Below, piece by piece: positions 61,451 to 64,000 of a stretch of 64,000 nucleotides of DNA. Source of the DNA: Crocinitomicaceae bacterium (GTDB taxonomy: Bacteria > Bacteroidota > Bacteroidia > Flavobacteriales_G > Salibacteraceae); the NCBI GenBank assembly GCA_002707155.1, contig PAME01000012.1, positions 61,547-125,546 of the forward strand, read 5' to 3'. The notes under the pieces are model-generated. The model saw nothing but the letters and a program-made list of their open reading frames with translations. It did not search any database and had not been told where the DNA came from. Each line of letters starts with the position of its first letter. The stretch's first letter is position 1. Made by a program: the position numbers and the translations under genes.

Positions 61451-63859
61451 TTAATTACGTAACACTTTTCCCGTCTTAATTATACTCTGCAATCGCTCCA
61501 AAGTTTTCCTTTCTGCGCACAACTCTAGAAAAGCTCGTCTTTCCATATCTAATAAATATTGCTCGCTTACTTGTGTTTCTTCCGATAAATCACCACCACA
61601 AAGAACCCATCCTAATTTCTCAGAAATCAATTGATCGTGTTCTGACATGTAATTTCCTGATTTCATAGAATCTGCCCCGACATAGACAATACCCAATCCT
61701 TCTTGACCCAATACCGTAATGTCTGTTCGTTTTTGAGGTTGAGTGTATCCGTTTCTAGCCAATTGCAGAGCAGATTCTTTTGCTCTTTTGAGTTGCAATT
61801 TTCTACTTACAACAATTTCATCAATGCCTTCTCTCAAGTATCCTAAATCAAATGCTTCGTATGCGGAGGTTGAAACTTTTGCTTGTCCAATCGTCAGGAA
61901 CTTGTTTCTAAGCGTATTGATTTTTACATCCCCGTCTCGAAATGCATCGCTGCATCGTAATGCAAATTCTTTGCTGCCACCGCCGCCGGGAATAACTCCA
62001 ACTCCAAATTCAACTAAGCCCATGTACAATTCTGCATGCGCCACTACTTTATCAGCGTGCATGCTCATTTCGCAACCGCCACCAAGTGCCAGGTTGTGAG
62101 GTGCTACAATAACAGGAATGGAAGAATGTCGCACGCGCATCATGGTATTTTGGAATGCCCGAATCGCGAAATCGAGTTCGTCGTATTCTTGCTCGACAGC
62201 CATCATGAATATCATTCCGACATTGGCACCTGCGGAGAAATTGTCACCAGTATTCGATATTACGAGTCCATCATATTCAGCTTCAGCTAAATCAATAGCT
62301 TTATTTATTCCAGCTAAAACTTCACCACCAATGGTGTTCATTTTTGTGTGGAATTCTAGGTTTATAATTCCATCTCCAATATCCGTGATGGTGGTCCCTG
62401 AATTTTTCCAAATAGTGTTTGATTCTCGAATAACATTTAGATCTAAAATCTGATCCGCACCTGGAACTAGTTTCTGAGATTTACTTGAGATATCATAAAA
62501 TGACTTTGAGCCTTCAATACTTGAATAGAAAGACGTTGAGCTAGCAGCTAACATTTCTTCTACCCATGGAGCAGGGGAGTAGCCTTCTGCTTTCATTTGT
62601 TTTAAAGTCGCCTCAACACCTAAAACATCCCAAGTGGCAAACGGCCCTAATTTGTAACCAAAACCTGCACAAACTGCATCATCGATTTTGTACAATTCAT
62701 CTGAAATTTCAGGAATGCGATTCGATGCATATTCCAACATTGAGAAGAACATTTTGCGGTAGAATTCTCCTGCTTTATCTTTTCCTTTAAGCAGCATTGG
62801 AAGACGCTTTTTTAAGTCTTCCACAGGCTTAGTCATTTCCAGTGTAGCAAATTTTGCCCTTTGCTTAGGTTCGTATTCTAGAGTATTGAGGTTTAGAGAT
62901 AGAATTTGAGACTTACCTTTATCATCCTTTACTTTCTTATAAAACCCCTGATTTGTCTTACTTCCCAACCAGCCATTTTCGACCATTTTTGAAACGTAAC
63001 TCGGAATTTTGAAAGTATCAATTTTTTCATCTTTTGGTGCGGCAGACTTTAAGCCATTCGCAACGTGAACTAAGGTGTCAAGTCCAACCACATCGCAGGT
63101 TCGGAAAGTTGCAGACTTTGGTCGTCCAATAACAGGACCTGTAAGTTTATCAACTTCATCAACCGTAAGCCCGATTTCTTCTACAATGTGAAACAATGCC
63201 ATTATGGAGAAAACACCAACACGGTTTGCAATAAAAGCCGGAGTGTCTTTGCAGAGTACTGTTTCTTTTCCTAAAAAGCGCTGTCCGTAATCCATTAGAA
63301 ATTCAGTAACCTCTGGGTTGGTATAATCCGTTGGAATAATTTCTAATAAAGGTAAATAGCGAGGAGGGTTGAAAAAGTGAGTCCCACAGAAATGCTTTTT
63401 GAAATCTTCTGTGCGTCCTTCTGTCATTAAATGAATTGGAATGCCAGACGTGTTTGAAGTGATAAGCGTTCCAGGAGAGCGAACAGCTTCAATTCTCTCA
63501 AATAGAGATTTTTTAATATCTAGGTTTTCAATAATTACTTCGAGAACCCAATCGCAGTCTTTTATTTTATCTAGATCATCTGTAAAGTTACCGGTCGAAA
63601 TTCTATTTGCAAATGACTTTCGATAAATAGGGGAGGGATTGCTTTTCAAAGCAAATTGAAGTGAATCGTTAACGATTCGATTTCGTACCGCCTTATCATC
63701 AATAGATAGATCTGCTTTTTTTTCCTTGTCATTTGCTTCTTTGGGAACAATATCCATTAGAATTACTTCCAGTCCTACATTTGCGAAGTGGCAGGCAATT
63801 CTTGATCCCATTACACCGGAGCCGAGAACGGCTACTTTTTTAATTCTTCGTTTCGTCAT
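61451..63859 (-). CDS. Bifunctional 3-hydroxyacyl-CoA dehydrogenase / enoyl-CoA hydratase (dehydrogenase domain N-terminal)
   Basis: I prefer the start MTKRRIKKVAVLGSGVMGSRIA (NAD-binding GxGxxG). C-terminal crotonase fold (FSAGANV, GGGCE). Confidence 0.93.
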   Translation of the reverse strand: MTKRRIKKVAVLGSGVMGSRIACHFANVGLEVILMDIVPKEANDKEKKADLSIDDKAVRNRIVNDSLQFALKSNPSPIYRKSFANRISTGNFTDDLDKIKDCDWVLEVIIENLDIKKSLFERIEAVRSPGTLITSNTSGIPIHLMTEGRTEDFKKHFCGTHFFNPPRYLPLLEIIPTDYTNPEVTEFLMDYGQRFLGKETVLCKDTPAFIANRVGVFSIMALFHIVEEIGLTVDEVDKLTGPVIGRPKSATFRTCDVVGLDTLVHVANGLKSAAPKDEKIDTFKIPSYVSKMVENGWLGSKTNQGFYKKVKDDKGKSQILSLNLNTLEYEPKQRAKFATLEMTKPVEDLKKRLPMLLKGKDKAGEFYRKMFFSMLEYASNRIPEISDELYKIDDAVCAGFGYKLGPFATWDVLGVEATLKQMKAEGYSPAPWVEEMLAASSTSFYSSIEGSKSFYDISSKSQKLVPGADQILDLNVIRESNTIWKNSGTTITDIGDGIINLEFHTKMNTIGGEVLAGINKAIDLAEAEYDGLVISNTGDNFSAGANVGMIFMMAVEQEYDELDFAIRAFQNTMMRVRHSSIPVIVAPHNLALGGGCEMSMHADKVVAHAELYMGLVEFGVGVIPGGGGSKEFALRCSDAFRDGDVKINTLRNKFLTIGQAKVSTSAYEAFDLGYLREGIDEIVVSRKLQLKRAKESALQLARNGYTQPQKRTDITVLGQEGLGIVYVGADSMKSGNYMSEHDQLISEKLGWVLCGGDLSEETQVSEQYLLDMERRAFLELCAERKTLERLQSIIKTGKVLRN

Positions 63860-64000
63860 ATTGTGGTAGTGCTTCAAAGATGTTTTCGTTACTTAACACG
63901 CTATTAATTATTTCCATGACCTCAAAGAATTTTTTCTTCTGTGAAGCCGATATTTTTTTATCCAGATAATCATTAAAGTGAAGAACCGCTTCGCGCGATG
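63840..64000 (-). CDS. C-terminal fragment of a small regulator-like protein (possibly MarR-family); its 5' part is outside the window
   Basis: The open frame reads ...AVLHFNDYLDKKISASQKKKFFEVMEIINSVLSNENIFEALPQYDETKN*. The stop overlaps the fadB-like start by 20 nt. The family assignment is a guess from position and helical character. Confidence 0.4.
   Translation of the reverse strand, partial: SREAVLHFNDYLDKKISASQKKKFFEVMEIINSVLSNENIFEALPQYDETKN

Overview
This 64 kb, low-GC window looks like a Bacteroidota chromosome, probably Flavobacteriia-like. The evidence is two cargo proteins with type IX secretion (T9SS) C-terminal sorting domains, TAnnTTTG-type -7 promoter boxes, no Shine-Dalgarno sequences, DUF4290-murA synteny, and a str operon that runs straight from fusA into rpsJ without tuf. 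Most of the window is core housekeeping. Plus strand: alaS; a gap-free str/S10/spc/alpha ribosomal super-operon (rpsL to rplQ, 26.7-44.5 kb, including secY, map, infA, rpmJ, rpoA); carA-eno-gltA; and a molybdenum-cofactor operon. Minus strand: fabD (partial), a M23 peptidase, grpE-dnaJ, a thiol-disulfide oxidoreductase, murA, a PcrA/UvrD helicase, a DEAD-box helicase, and a fatty-acid beta-oxidation operon (fadB-like, thiolase, acyl-CoA dehydrogenase). The only clearly accessory block is 6-19.7 kb: two paralogous ~1100 aa T9SS beta-helix cargo proteins, a CRTAC1/ASPIC-like FG-GAP lipoprotein, a sigma-54 activator with no DNA-binding domain, and an ABC-2 exporter. I found no tRNA, rRNA, CRISPR array, transposase, integrase or recognisable defence island, and no convincing undescribed multi-gene system. 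The observations most worth follow-up are: (1) phased 7-nt tandem arrays filling the internal spacers of the beta-oxidation operon around an inserted Avd-like four-helix-bundle gene, plus a second 7-nt array just upstream of moaC; (2) a perfect ModE-type palindrome overlapping the promoter of a DNA-binding-domain-only ModE homologue that heads a Moco operon containing a TauE/SafE permease; (3) the HTH-less sigma-54 activator coupled to the ABC-2 exporter, with a sigma-54-like -24/-12 element upstream of grpE; (4) a MerR-family gene split by a +1 frameshift in an A9 run.
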